Positions 48,614-58,115 of a DNA stretch of 64,000 nucleotides are shown here, in pieces (positions within the stretch are counted from its first letter, which is position 1; each line of letters opens with the position of its first letter). The stretch spans positions 672,001 to 736,000 of the forward strand of contig CBDFLQ010000006.1 in NCBI GenBank assembly GCA_965249275.1, given 5' to 3'. A program made the position numbers and the translations under genes. Below the pieces are notes generated by a model that saw only the letters and a program-made list of their open reading frames with translations, did not search any database and was not told the DNA's origin. The DNA is from Dehalococcoidia bacterium (GTDB lineage: Bacteria > Chloroflexota > Dehalococcoidia > Plut-88900).

Positions 48614-49675
48614 TTGCCCAACCTCAGCATTCCCTCCAAGTCCGCCCTTCTTAAGATAATCTTAGTCCTTCTGTTCCTGGCCATTGGGGGAACTGCCGGA
48701 ACATTCAGTTATCTGGGATTCGTAGAACTGCACCAGCTCAATGAGTCCATCACTCAGGACCGTGAACGTCTTGCGCTGCTGGAAAGCGCCCCCACCCCTC
48801 AGCACACACCTACCCTTCAACCCGCACCCACCCCCCAACCCGTCCCCACGCCTCAGCCTACTCCTACAACCCAGCCAACTTCTACTCCCCAACCCGTCCC
48901 CACCCCCCAGCCCATTCCGACGCCTCAGCCCATCCCCACCCCTCAACCCACCTCTACTCCAATAACCTTGCCACCCACCGTCACCCCGATAAGCCTGCCC
49001 CCGTCCCTAACTCCCGTACCCACGTGGAATGATCTGTACACACAAATCAGGCGCTCCGTGGTGAAAGTGGAAACTACTGGGGGCAGCGGGACCGGTTGGG
49101 TGTATGAAGAGGGATGGCTGGTCACGGCAGCCCATGTCGTCAAGGGTTACAGGACCGTGACCGTTCACTATCAAGACTCGGAAGGTCAAGAGAAGTCCGC
49201 TATGGTAAACGTGCTGGTCAGAGACCGGCTCCATGATGTCGCAGCCATCGAGCTAAAGGACATAGACCTCCCGCCCATCCCTGGCCGGCGAGATGTGGAA
49301 GCCAAGGATGGCGGCGAGGCTGTTATGACTGTGGGCTACTCATCCGACCCGCCAATTGGATGGCCGAGCACAAGGGTTGGCATCCTGACTACCGTCTCCG
49401 AATTACCTTGGCTCGAAAACCTTAAGGCCATCGAGACCGACGCCTCATTTGACCCAGGTGATTCGGGAGGTCCAATTCTGGATCTCAACGGCAACGTCAT
49501 AGGCATAGCCCAGGCCACCGTCATAAGGTCAGGCTCACAACGGATACAGGGCAGACAATTCGCCGTGGGAATACGAGAGGTCGAAGCCGTATGGGAGCAA
49601 CTCAAGCGTAATGAGCGCCTGAACCAGGGCTCAGACTACTGGATATATCGCCGCTCTGAAGGCCCCGACGAGTAG
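48614..49675 (+). CDS. Membrane-anchored trypsin-like serine protease with Pro/Thr/Gln repeat linker
   Basis: N-terminal TM segment; (PTPQPx)n; TAAH, HDVA, PGDSGG catalytic triad. Confidence 0.85.
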   Translation: MPNLSIPSKSALLKIILVLLFLAIGGTAGTFSYLGFVELHQLNESITQDRERLALLESAPTPQHTPTLQPAPTPQPVPTPQPTPTTQPTSTPQPVPTPQPIPTPQPIPTPQPTSTPITLPPTVTPISLPPSLTPVPTWNDLYTQIRRSVVKVETTGGSGTGWVYEEGWLVTAAHVVKGYRTVTVHYQDSEGQEKSAMVNVLVRDRLHDVAAIELKDIDLPPIPGRRDVEAKDGGEAVMTVGYSSDPPIGWPSTRVGILTTVSELPWLENLKAIETDASFDPGDSGGPILDLNGNVIGIAQATVIRSGSQRIQGRQFAVGIREVEAVWEQLKRNERLNQGSDYWIYRRSEGPDE

Positions 49676-49772
49676 ATTGGCCTCCCTCCCGCAAAGTTCT
49701 ACGATCTAGCGCTGCCTCTCGTGCATATAGCTTGTAATCAAACTTACTTGTTCACTAAAGGAGTATGCAAAC

Positions 49773-50537
49773 ATGCCTAACACCCTGGCTGGAAAAGTTG
49801 TCATAGTTACCGGAGGTGGCTCGGGCATCGGGAAGTCGGCCGTCATGCTGCTGGTCCGAGAAGGCGCCAAGGTCATGATCGCCGACATCGACGAGCAAGC
49901 TGGGCAAGAGACGGCTGCGCTCATCCGAGCCCGTGGTGGAGAGTCCGGCTTCGTTCGAACGGACGTCTCTCGGGAGTCGGATGTCGAGGCGATGGTCGCC
50001 CGCACCATCGAGACTTTCGGCAGGCTGGACTGCGCCTTCAACAATGCCGGCATCCTCGAAGAGGGCAGCCCCGACGTCACCGGCTACTCGCTGGACCTCT
50101 GGAACCGGGTCATAAGTATCAACCTGACCGGCGTTTGGCTTTGCATGAAACACGAAATCCCGGAGATGCTCAAGCAAGGCGGCGGCGCGATTGTCAACAA
50201 TGCGTCGGTCGCCGGCTTCGTCGGACTCCCCGGTGCGACGGCCCTCGTAGCCAGCAAACATGGCGTCGTCGGCCTCACGAAGAATGCGGCCCTCGAATAC
50301 GCCGAGCGCGGAATCCGGGTGAACGCTGTGTGCCCGAGCTTCATCAAGACCCCGATACTCGAGCCCTATTTCGCCGCCTACCCAGAGGAAGAGATGGAGA
50401 TGGTTCGCAAAGAGCCGATCGGCAGAATGGGCGCCCCCGAGGAGGTCGCCGAGGCCGCAGTCTGGCTCCTATCAGACGCCGCATCATTCGTCACCGGCCA
50501 CTCCATGGTCGTAGACGGCGGCTACACCGCTATGTAG
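49773..50537 (+). CDS. SDR family oxidoreductase
   Basis: TGGGSGIG, NNAG; the YxxxK motif reads LVASK (Tyr replaced by Leu). Confidence 0.85.
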   Translation: MPNTLAGKVVIVTGGGSGIGKSAVMLLVREGAKVMIADIDEQAGQETAALIRARGGESGFVRTDVSRESDVEAMVARTIETFGRLDCAFNNAGILEEGSPDVTGYSLDLWNRVISINLTGVWLCMKHEIPEMLKQGGGAIVNNASVAGFVGLPGATALVASKHGVVGLTKNAALEYAERGIRVNAVCPSFIKTPILEPYFAAYPEEEMEMVRKEPIGRMGAPEEVAEAAVWLLSDAASFVTGHSMVVDGGYTAM

Positions 50538-50598
50538 ACTGCACGGTGGATGTGATCCTTGCCCAGCCCAAATCCGTGGACTAGGGAATGGGCCAGTT

Positions 50599-50756
50599 CC
50601 CTCTCCCTCGTCGAGAGTTGTGCATTACCGTCATTCCTGCGGAGGCAGGAATCCAGGGGTAATGTGGGATAGGGTTCGATCCTCAGGGGCCGGGCCGCTC
50701 ATCCTGAGGTGACTCGAAGGGTCGAGCGGGGGGAGGCCACGCCCTGCAAATCCGTC
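50599..50756. repeat. Composite REP/MITE remnant
   Basis: CCCTCTCCC half-site, degenerate TIR GAGAGTTGTGCATTAC, GTCATTCCTGCGGAGGCAGGAATCCA hairpin, and the CCGCTCATCCTGAG..GAGCGG REP. Confidence 0.6.
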
Positions 50757-50792
50757 GCGAACAGTTAATAAAAAATCTACGGAGGCGACCCT

Positions 50793-51788
50793 ATGCTGCG
50801 TTCCAAATGGACTTCTAAAGGCATGGTCATGGAAGACATCGACCCCGGCCCCCTTGCCCCGGGCCACGTCCGAATCTCGGTGAGCGCCTGCGGCATCTGC
50901 GGCTCCGACCTCCACATCTATGGAGGCCGCAGCCCCAGGAAACATGACGTAGTCATGGGCCACGAGATCGTCGGCACGATTGTCGACGGTAGCGCCGGCC
51001 TCCACGACACCCTCTATGCCATCGAGCCCCTGAACGCCTGCATGAGCTGTAACTACTGTGCTGCAGGCGCCACTAACATCTGCCCCAACATGAAATTCAT
51101 CGGCATCGCCATACCGGGAGGTCTCGCCGAGTCCATAGACGTCCCCACCCACACCCTCCACCCCGTCCCCGACTCCCTGTCCCCGCTTCTTGCCTCTATG
51201 GTCGAGCCTATGGCTTGCTCCTACCGAGGCATTGCGCTGGGTCGGCTGAGGATCGAAAGTCGGGTGCTTGTCCTGGGCGCCGGGACCATCGGCCTCTTTG
51301 CAGGCCTCCTGGCCCGGGACCGTGCCGCCGAGGTCGCCATTACCGCCCGACACCCCCAGCAAGCCGACGCCGCCCGAAGGCTGGGGCTCACTCCCCTAGG
51401 CGAGAACGAATGGGAGGATTGGGCCAATGACCGCGGCCCCGATGTTGTCATCGAGACGGTCGGCGGAGAGGCCGACACCATCAACGATGCAATAAAAGCC
51501 GCCCAACCCGAGGCCCGCATCGTCATCGTCGGCATATTCACAGCCCCGTCTCAGGTCGACGGACTGGCCCTTGTCGTGAAAGAGGTGGACATCGTCGGAT
51601 CGAGCATGTACGGCGTCGGAGCACACGGCCGTGAATTCGCCTCCACCCTAGATTCCCTCGCCCGCTACTCCTCCGAGGTCGGCTTCATGCAGACCCACCA
51701 GTTCCCCCTAAGCTCCGTAACCGAGGCCTTCGACACCGCCCTGGACAAGTCCACGGGTGCCATAAAGGTCACCGTCTTGCCGGGGTGA
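50793..51788 (+). CDS. Zn-dependent alcohol dehydrogenase (MDR)
   Basis: CGICGSDLH, GHE, CMSCNYC..C, GAGTIG motifs. Confidence 0.92.
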   Translation: MLRSKWTSKGMVMEDIDPGPLAPGHVRISVSACGICGSDLHIYGGRSPRKHDVVMGHEIVGTIVDGSAGLHDTLYAIEPLNACMSCNYCAAGATNICPNMKFIGIAIPGGLAESIDVPTHTLHPVPDSLSPLLASMVEPMACSYRGIALGRLRIESRVLVLGAGTIGLFAGLLARDRAAEVAITARHPQQADAARRLGLTPLGENEWEDWANDRGPDVVIETVGGEADTINDAIKAAQPEARIVIVGIFTAPSQVDGLALVVKEVDIVGSSMYGVGAHGREFASTLDSLARYSSEVGFMQTHQFPLSSVTEAFDTALDKSTGAIKVTVLPG

Positions 51789-51959
51789 TGGGGGTTACTT
51801 GTTCGTCATTCCACCCCGCGAGCCGGAATCCATCTCACGAGATCGTAGCTATCTGGTAGGCCATCCCGCGGCGGCGAACACTCTCTACATCGCCCCGAAG
51901 ATATGTACCGTATGCTTCAGCTGTGCCTGGAGTAGTTTGATCAATGTCTCTGAAGTCAG

Positions 51960-53099
51960 CTAATTCAGGTGGTAAAGCTTTATGACATTCTCCCCCATCA
52001 CCTTGCGTTGGTCCGCCTCGGGTAGGTCTTGCAAGGTCTGTCTCAAGTTCTTCACCGGCTCTAGTGGAGAGTCGGAGTGGGGATAGTCGTAGGCCCACAC
52101 CAGCTTGTCTGCTCCGAGAAGCTTGATAACTATAGGGCCGAATTCGTCGTCTGGGTCCATGGAGAGCCAGCACTGATTTTGGAAGTATTCACTGGGACTC
52201 TTCTTCATCTCGGTAGTGAAGCCTATGATTTCGAACTTTTCGTCCATCCTCTCCAGCAAATAAGGCATCCAGAGGGTGCCTGATTCTAGGACTACCAGCT
52301 TCAATTTGGGGAACCTATCGAAGACACTTCCCTGGAAGAAGCTCATGAAGCTGAGTTGAGTATCGGTAGTATTGACAAAGCCCCACCAGTTAGGAGTGGT
52401 TAGATCCGGGTATAGGATGCCGCCGATGCCATTCGCCCCCGGTGAGGCAGCCACGTGAAGGCCCACTGGAATGTCCTGCTCCTGGAATTCAGCCCATAGG
52501 GGGTCCCAGTGGGCATCACCATATGGGATGTTGTGGGAAGCAGCCGAGGGTGTCATCACCGCTCTGGGGGCAACAGTGACGGTGCGCTTTAGCTCCTTTA
52601 GGCTCTCCGATATGTCTAACCACGGAAGGATAAGGGCTGGATAAAGCCGCTGTGGATGGTGGTTGCAAAAATCCACGATCCAGTCGTTATATACGCGGCA
52701 ATAGGCTGCTGCGATTTCGGGGTCCTCGGCGGAACCCGGCCAGTCTAGGCCCAGGGTGGGATAGAGAATGCTCTTGTCAATCCCTTCCTGGTCCATCAGC
52801 TTGACCCGCTCGTGCGGGCAGCATCCGCCGGGGTTCATGGCCCGACCGTCCTCCCACGTGAGGGTGGGGTTCTCGAAGACGTTTTTGCGTCGCCACTCCT
52901 TGCTCTTGCCAATGGTGGTCGTATTGGTCGAGGTGCCTTTGGCTAAGAAATGGTTTGGTTGTCCGTCAACCACCCAATACTCCAGGCCGTTTTCATCCTT
53001 CTCGAAGTGCATGGCCCGATCCCGATATTTGGGCTCCAGGTTATTCTCCCAGAGGCCCGAGGGCTCCAGAATATGTCCATCCACATCTACGAACTTCAT
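51960..53099 (-). CDS. Amidohydrolase family 2
   Basis: MKFVDVDGHILEP, LYPTLG, LESG..W, WAYDYPHSD; GGAGG RBS. Confidence 0.9.
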   Translation of the reverse strand: MKFVDVDGHILEPSGLWENNLEPKYRDRAMHFEKDENGLEYWVVDGQPNHFLAKGTSTNTTTIGKSKEWRRKNVFENPTLTWEDGRAMNPGGCCPHERVKLMDQEGIDKSILYPTLGLDWPGSAEDPEIAAAYCRVYNDWIVDFCNHHPQRLYPALILPWLDISESLKELKRTVTVAPRAVMTPSAASHNIPYGDAHWDPLWAEFQEQDIPVGLHVAASPGANGIGGILYPDLTTPNWWGFVNTTDTQLSFMSFFQGSVFDRFPKLKLVVLESGTLWMPYLLERMDEKFEIIGFTTEMKKSPSEYFQNQCWLSMDPDDEFGPIVIKLLGADKLVWAYDYPHSDSPLEPVKNLRQTLQDLPEADQRKVMGENVIKLYHLN

Positions 53100-53302
53100 G
53101 GTAACAACCACCTCCCTACGGCATGCAGATAACAGGTTCACGTTAGCCAGACACAGGTAGCCAGTGCTATCGTCGCTGAGCAAGGCGTTTCAAGACCGCA
53201 TATATAGCATCGGTCTGGGGGCTACCCTCCAGACCGATGCCTCGGCAAAATTTCGCTTTTTCAGGGTAACCGTACAGAGCTATTGCACACGACAACACCT
53301 TA

Positions 53303-54613
53303 TTACTGGTACACAGCGTTCCATTCCGCCTGCAATCTGTCGGAGTTTTCACCTGCCCACCTCTCGTTTAGAAAGATGGCGTAGTCAAGGGTATCGGCTG
53401 TGAGAGGTAGCGAGTCTCTGACAGCGTCGTAGGCAGAGTCCTCTGCAATTACCTGCGCCCCCTTTAGGTTTACGGGACCATAGGTAATGCCCAGGCTCAC
53501 TGCAGCGTTTATCTCAGGGAAGGACGACCATGCGGCCCATAAGTTAGCCAGTAGATACGCATTGGGATTCGATTCCTTAAGCCCTGCAGGCATGCCGAAC
53601 ATATCGGTGCTAACTATGTATCCGGCCTCCCAATCCAACGCAAGGGGAGCGTCGTCCTGCCTTACCGCGTCGTAGATCCGGCCATTCCCACAAACCCCCA
53701 TAACTATGTCACGGGAAATGAGAAGCTCAGGACACTGGACACCGAATTCGGTAAAAATTACACCGCCCTTGGGGTCTTCGCTTAGCTCCCTCCATTTATC
53801 GAAGGAACGGTCGATCTCCTCTTGGGTGAAAGGTCCCCCCAAGAAGGTTCGCCCTTCTTCGGTTTCCAGGAGGCTGGGATCATCCGCCAATAGGCCGATG
53901 GTAGGATTATGAGGCCACCAGGAATTAGTGGCACGTCGTCCAGGGAATTTCTCGGTGTCAAAGAAGTCGGCCCAGGAGTCGGGTTGCTCGGTGCCCTCAG
54001 GATATTCATCGGTGTTGTAGCCGAGGACGTATGTCCAGGAGCTACCCCCTCCGGCGCCGTGTGGGAAGTTTTCCTGAACTGAAGGGAGCAAGTCAGGGAA
54101 GGTCCCACCTACTATGGCCATGTCAAAAGGCTCCAGGTCCCCGGTTATGATAAAAGACCTGATGTCCTGGCTGCCCAGATCGACTATGTGCCATTCAGGG
54201 TCCTCTATGTTAGCCATGGCACGGAACTTGCTATACACTACCGGGCTGTCCTCAATTATTACAATGCCGAACTTCTCTTCGAAAGGTGTAAGGAGAGCTG
54301 CCCGCTGGGCATTCTCGTAGGCGCCGCCCCACGAAACCCAAGTGAAGCTCTCGCCTCTGTGCTTCTCCAACTCCGCCTCTAGCTCTTCAAGGGTCGCCGG
54401 CTCCTCCGGCGTCCACTCCTCTATAGGTCTAATTTGTGGCTCCGGGGTGGGAGTAACCTGGGCTGCCAGAGTTGCCGTTGCCGGTGCGGGAGTATCATCG
54501 CCTCCGCAGGCGGCTGCCACCATTGCAATAGATATCAGGAGCCCCAAGATTCCTAGCACAACTATGTGCCGCTTAGATAGCCCTTTTCCGCGTATTCCAC
54601 GTAGCCTACTCAT
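53303..54613 (-). CDS. ABC transporter substrate-binding lipoprotein (PotD/PotF-like)
   Basis: Lipobox AAAC; VSWGGAYENAQ, WADFFDTEKFPGRR, NGRI, YGPVN motifs. Confidence 0.85.
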   Translation of the reverse strand: MSRLRGIRGKGLSKRHIVVLGILGLLISIAMVAAACGGDDTPAPATATLAAQVTPTPEPQIRPIEEWTPEEPATLEELEAELEKHRGESFTWVSWGGAYENAQRAALLTPFEEKFGIVIIEDSPVVYSKFRAMANIEDPEWHIVDLGSQDIRSFIITGDLEPFDMAIVGGTFPDLLPSVQENFPHGAGGGSSWTYVLGYNTDEYPEGTEQPDSWADFFDTEKFPGRRATNSWWPHNPTIGLLADDPSLLETEEGRTFLGGPFTQEEIDRSFDKWRELSEDPKGGVIFTEFGVQCPELLISRDIVMGVCGNGRIYDAVRQDDAPLALDWEAGYIVSTDMFGMPAGLKESNPNAYLLANLWAAWSSFPEINAAVSLGITYGPVNLKGAQVIAEDSAYDAVRDSLPLTADTLDYAIFLNERWAGENSDRLQAEWNAVYQ

Positions 54614-55295
54614 CTGCCTCCTCCCGAAACTTAGCTTCCCTCGTGGGATAGCATCACATACCTATTAGCTCGCTTTGGGACTCCTTCTCACTAGTGTGAT
54701 ATATTTAGCAATATTCAACGTTCGTTCAATCACAAAAACTGGGACAACTCTTGTCAACTGTTTCCCACTTCCACCCGAATCGGCCTCCTGGAGGATTCAA
54801 CACGCTTAGTAGAAATTCGTGCCGGGGATAAAATAGCGTCAGGAATGGGTTGTTACCGGGATGCCGACGGGGGGGTTAGAAAGCCCACACCCTCCAATAT
54901 ACAGTAGAGTAATTCTCACTGATCCACTCTCAGGGGCAGCGTAGGAAGAAAGGAATAGACACCGGGTCTGCCTAAGAAGTTCATAGACTCCTTTATAGCG
55001 ACGTTTCCGCTACCCGCTTTAAATACATCGTACATGCGAATGGGAGTTACGTCAAGAAGTGAGGATTGTTTCACTATGTATTAAAGCCATGAGAATCTAC
55101 TTGCCAGAAGAGATTTTGATCATCCTTTCCGTGGTTGAATCATGCAGCCTTACAGGTCCAGAAGGCCTTTAGAACGGCTGCCAACACTTCTCGCAACAAT
55201 ACCCCACCCCCCGCTTGGTAACGATATATCAATAAAACAGGGCGGGTGGGCGGGACTCCACTTAATCCCGGGAGTAGGGACGCCACCCCTCCCCC

Positions 55296-55320
55296 GTAGG
55301 GGTGGTTCGCGAACCGCTCT
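55296..55320. repeat. GTAG-type REP (RAYT-associated class)
   Basis: GTAGGGGTGGTTCGCGAACCGCTCT. Confidence 0.65.
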
Positions 55321-55389
55321 GACCTCTGAGTAACCCCACCTCCGTCTCCGCCGCATCGAGCCATGTGCAACAAAAGTGACACGAACCCC

Positions 55390-55419
55390 TTGACCCAATG
55401 CGTACGCCTGTACTATATT
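55390..55419 (+). promoter_or_regulatory. sigma70 promoter with LexA-box-like operator (element 1)
   Basis: TTGACC-caatgc-GTAC-gcct-GTAC-TATATT. Confidence 0.6.
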
Positions 55420-55424
55420 CACCC

Positions 55425-56040
55425 CCGACTAGCTCGTCACACACCTAAACCCTAAGGAGGAACCACAACCCAGGGGGAAGCCCAGCCCCGGCCCCGAGGA
55501 CTCAACGTCTAAGCCCATCCCAAAGGGCGGCCCACACGCCGCCCCTCGGCTCAAGCGAACGCCGCCATCTCCTCATACCAAAGGCCCCGGCTATCCCTTC
55601 CCCCACCCAGGCGATGGAAGGCCCACAGACTATCCTCGGCAGGCCCCGTCCAACGACGCCCCTGCCGATTCAACGCCCCTCATCATCGGGTGCGTTTACC
55701 CCGGCCCATTGCGCGCCGGTTTCCCGGGTAGGTCAACCGACCCCCGGTTTAGCAAGGCCCTCGTGTCCTTGTTTGTCCCGCCGTCCCTGCCATCCGTCTA
55801 CCCGGCGGATGCACCGGGACGCCGGTTCCGAAAGACCGCCTCAGGCGGCATCTTCCACGTCAGCGGTCCGGTCATGTGCCGCTCACGAATTGGGATCTGC
55901 CCCACACAACCCTGACCACAGCCGGCAACATGTGGGGATAATCCAGCCCGGCGCCGACGGCTCGGCAGCAACCCCCGGCCTGGTTTCTAGTCACGGACCT
56001 TCCATCGCCTGCCCCTCCACCAAAGCAAACCGAAACCCCC
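55425..56040 (+). ncRNA. Candidate large structured ncRNA, copy 1 (unclassified)
   Basis: Scaffold 55453-55620 shared with copy 2; 14-bp long-range stem 55608-55621/55998-56011; 3' motif GCAAACCGAAACCCC at 56025-56039. Confidence 0.6.
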
Positions 56041-56102
56041 GGACGACAACCAAATATCGCCCCTCACCCCATGTATAATCCCCTGGCAGGAGGACACCCG
56101 AC

Positions 56103-57212
56103 ATGCGAGAACACCCCCTAGTTGACGTCGACAGCCACGTCCTTGAGCCCATGTCCGTCTGGCAGGACTACCTGGAACCCGACCTCAGGCCCCGTGCCAT
56201 CCGCTGGTCCACCGACGACAACGGGCGCGAGCTAATGCTGATCGACGGCAAGCCCGCGCGCCAGTTCATGCTCCGCAACGGCTGGATGGGCAGCCCCAAG
56301 GTCCCCGGAGGCCGCGCCTTCGAAGACCGGGTGACCACATCCCTCGGCGCAGCCAACGGCGCAGACCGCGTCCAACTGCTCGACAACGAAGGCATCGACA
56401 TCACCCTCCTCTACCCCACCCTCGGCATCCAGTGGGAGCCCGAGTTCGATGACTACAATCTCGCCGCCGCCCACGCCCGAGCCTACAACTCCTGGATCAC
56501 CGACCTCTGTAAACCCCATTCAGACCGCCTGGTTCCCGTAGCCCACGTAGTCGCCTCGGACGTCCAGGAGGGAGCGGCGGAGCTGGAGCGGGCCGCGGGG
56601 CTTGGGGCCCGGGGCGGCATGGTCAGCGGCAGACCCATTAACGGCATCCCCTACGGAGACCCATACTATGACCCCCTCTGGGCGCAGGCCCAGGAGTCCC
56701 GCATACCCCTCGCCCTGCACGTCATGGGCTACCCCAAGCACCTCGGCTACGACATGTACCCCGACACCAGCCCTAAGATCGCCTGGTGGGGCTTCGTCAC
56801 CCTCGGCCTGGAGGTCATCATCGGCCTGACCACCCTCTTCCAGGGCGCCGTCTTCGAACGGTTCCCGGACCTGCGCATCGTCGTCCTGGAGGCGGGGTCG
56901 GGGTGGCTGCCCTACTGGCTCGACAGGATGGACGAATACACGGAGCTCTTCACCTACGCCACGTCGCTATCGATGAAGCCGACCGAATACTTCAAACGAC
57001 AGTGCTGGATCTCCTTCGAACCCAGCGAGGAGATGATGCCCGAGACCATGGATTTCATAGGCGTCGACAAATTCATGTGGGCCGCCGACTACCCCCACAC
57101 CGACTCCGTCGCCGACCCAGTCCGTCTCCTAACAAAAATGCTCGCGCCCCTCTCCCAGGAAGACCGCTGGAAAGTCCTCGGCGACACCGCCGTCGAACTC
57201 TATGGCCTTTAA
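56103..57212 (+). CDS. Amidohydrolase family 2 (paralog of 51960..53099)
   Basis: VDVDSHVLEP, LYPTLG, LEAGSGW, WAADYPHTD; own TATAAT and AGGAGG upstream. Confidence 0.9.
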   Translation: MREHPLVDVDSHVLEPMSVWQDYLEPDLRPRAIRWSTDDNGRELMLIDGKPARQFMLRNGWMGSPKVPGGRAFEDRVTTSLGAANGADRVQLLDNEGIDITLLYPTLGIQWEPEFDDYNLAAAHARAYNSWITDLCKPHSDRLVPVAHVVASDVQEGAAELERAAGLGARGGMVSGRPINGIPYGDPYYDPLWAQAQESRIPLALHVMGYPKHLGYDMYPDTSPKIAWWGFVTLGLEVIIGLTTLFQGAVFERFPDLRIVVLEAGSGWLPYWLDRMDEYTELFTYATSLSMKPTEYFKRQCWISFEPSEEMMPETMDFIGVDKFMWAADYPHTDSVADPVRLLTKMLAPLSQEDRWKVLGDTAVELYGL

Positions 57213-57231
57213 TAATCCTCTCTCCCTCGAC

Positions 57232-57384
57232 GAGACCTTTCTATGAATCGGGATTCATTGCGCCGGGGAACTATATTGCCCTTGCATTGGGGGCGGGGGG
57301 AATCCGCTCATCCTGAGCAGGGTCGAAGGGTCGAGCGGATTCCGGGAGGAGTCCCAGATAGTAGGCAGGTTGTGCAAAGATCCC
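57232..57384. mobile_element. Degenerate MITE of the same family as 43076-43207
   Basis: GAGACCTTT.. and GTTGTGCAAAGATCCC ends; TCGAC/TCGAT flanks within a CTCTCCC/GGAGA REP; internal REP. Confidence 0.6.
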
Positions 57385-57544
57385 TCGATAGGAGAAGCCT
57401 AGGGCCTGCCCCGAGTCCCCCAAGGAAGGGAGGGTGCTCCCCATAACCTTATTGCGAACCATTGCAATAGCAACAGTTCGCATGTATAATCCTCCCAAGG
57501 CTTAAGCGCCTACATAGAAATCGGCGCAGAGAAAGGAAAACCCA

Positions 57545-57955
57545 ATGGTAAAGATCTACAACGTCCACAAAGCTATTGAAAACCTGACCCCCATAGTCAA
57601 CCGGGGCGAGAGTACCCCCGAAGAAGTGGTAGTCGCAGGCTTCGAGATTCTCGGCAGGGGCGATTTCCACGATGCGGCCATCAACCTCGGCACCTTCAAC
57701 GGCGACGCCGGCTGGGAGCGGCACGTCCAGGGTGACGAGATCGTACACATTGTGGCCGGCGAGACGGCAATCCAGATGCTCGTGGACGGCGAGCGCCAAA
57801 CCATTCAGGTAAGCGCGGGCGACCTACTGGTCGTGCCCCAGGGCACATGGCATCGCTTGCAGTCCGAAAAGGGAGTGACCGTCCTGACCGCAACCCCCGA
57901 GGGCCACGAAGACCACGCCTTCGTCGACGACCCCAGAGAACTGTACCCCTGCTAA
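57545..57955 (+). CDS. Cupin domain protein
   Basis: WERHVQGDE and VVPQGTWH motifs. Confidence 0.85.
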   Translation: MVKIYNVHKAIENLTPIVNRGESTPEEVVVAGFEILGRGDFHDAAINLGTFNGDAGWERHVQGDEIVHIVAGETAIQMLVDGERQTIQVSAGDLLVVPQGTWHRLQSEKGVTVLTATPEGHEDHAFVDDPRELYPC

Positions 57956-58115
57956 GCGTGTTGCTAAGCTTATGAATCCGGAGGGTTCATCTCCCTCCTT
58001 TGACTCTAGTTTGGGGTGGAGACGTTATTGTCTCCACCCTTGCACTATCCGACATGCGAGCCCCCAAGCCAGAATCTAACCCCGCCCCATCCCCCCGTGC
58101 TACACTCCCTCCGAC

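Noticed and set aside
55614-56078. 154-aa ORF inside element 1 (and ORFs 60841..61302 and 60860..61324 in element 2)
   Set aside because: Pro/Arg/Ser-rich with no recognisable domain; the equivalent ATG in copy 2 gives only MEDALDRT*, and indels break frame between the copies
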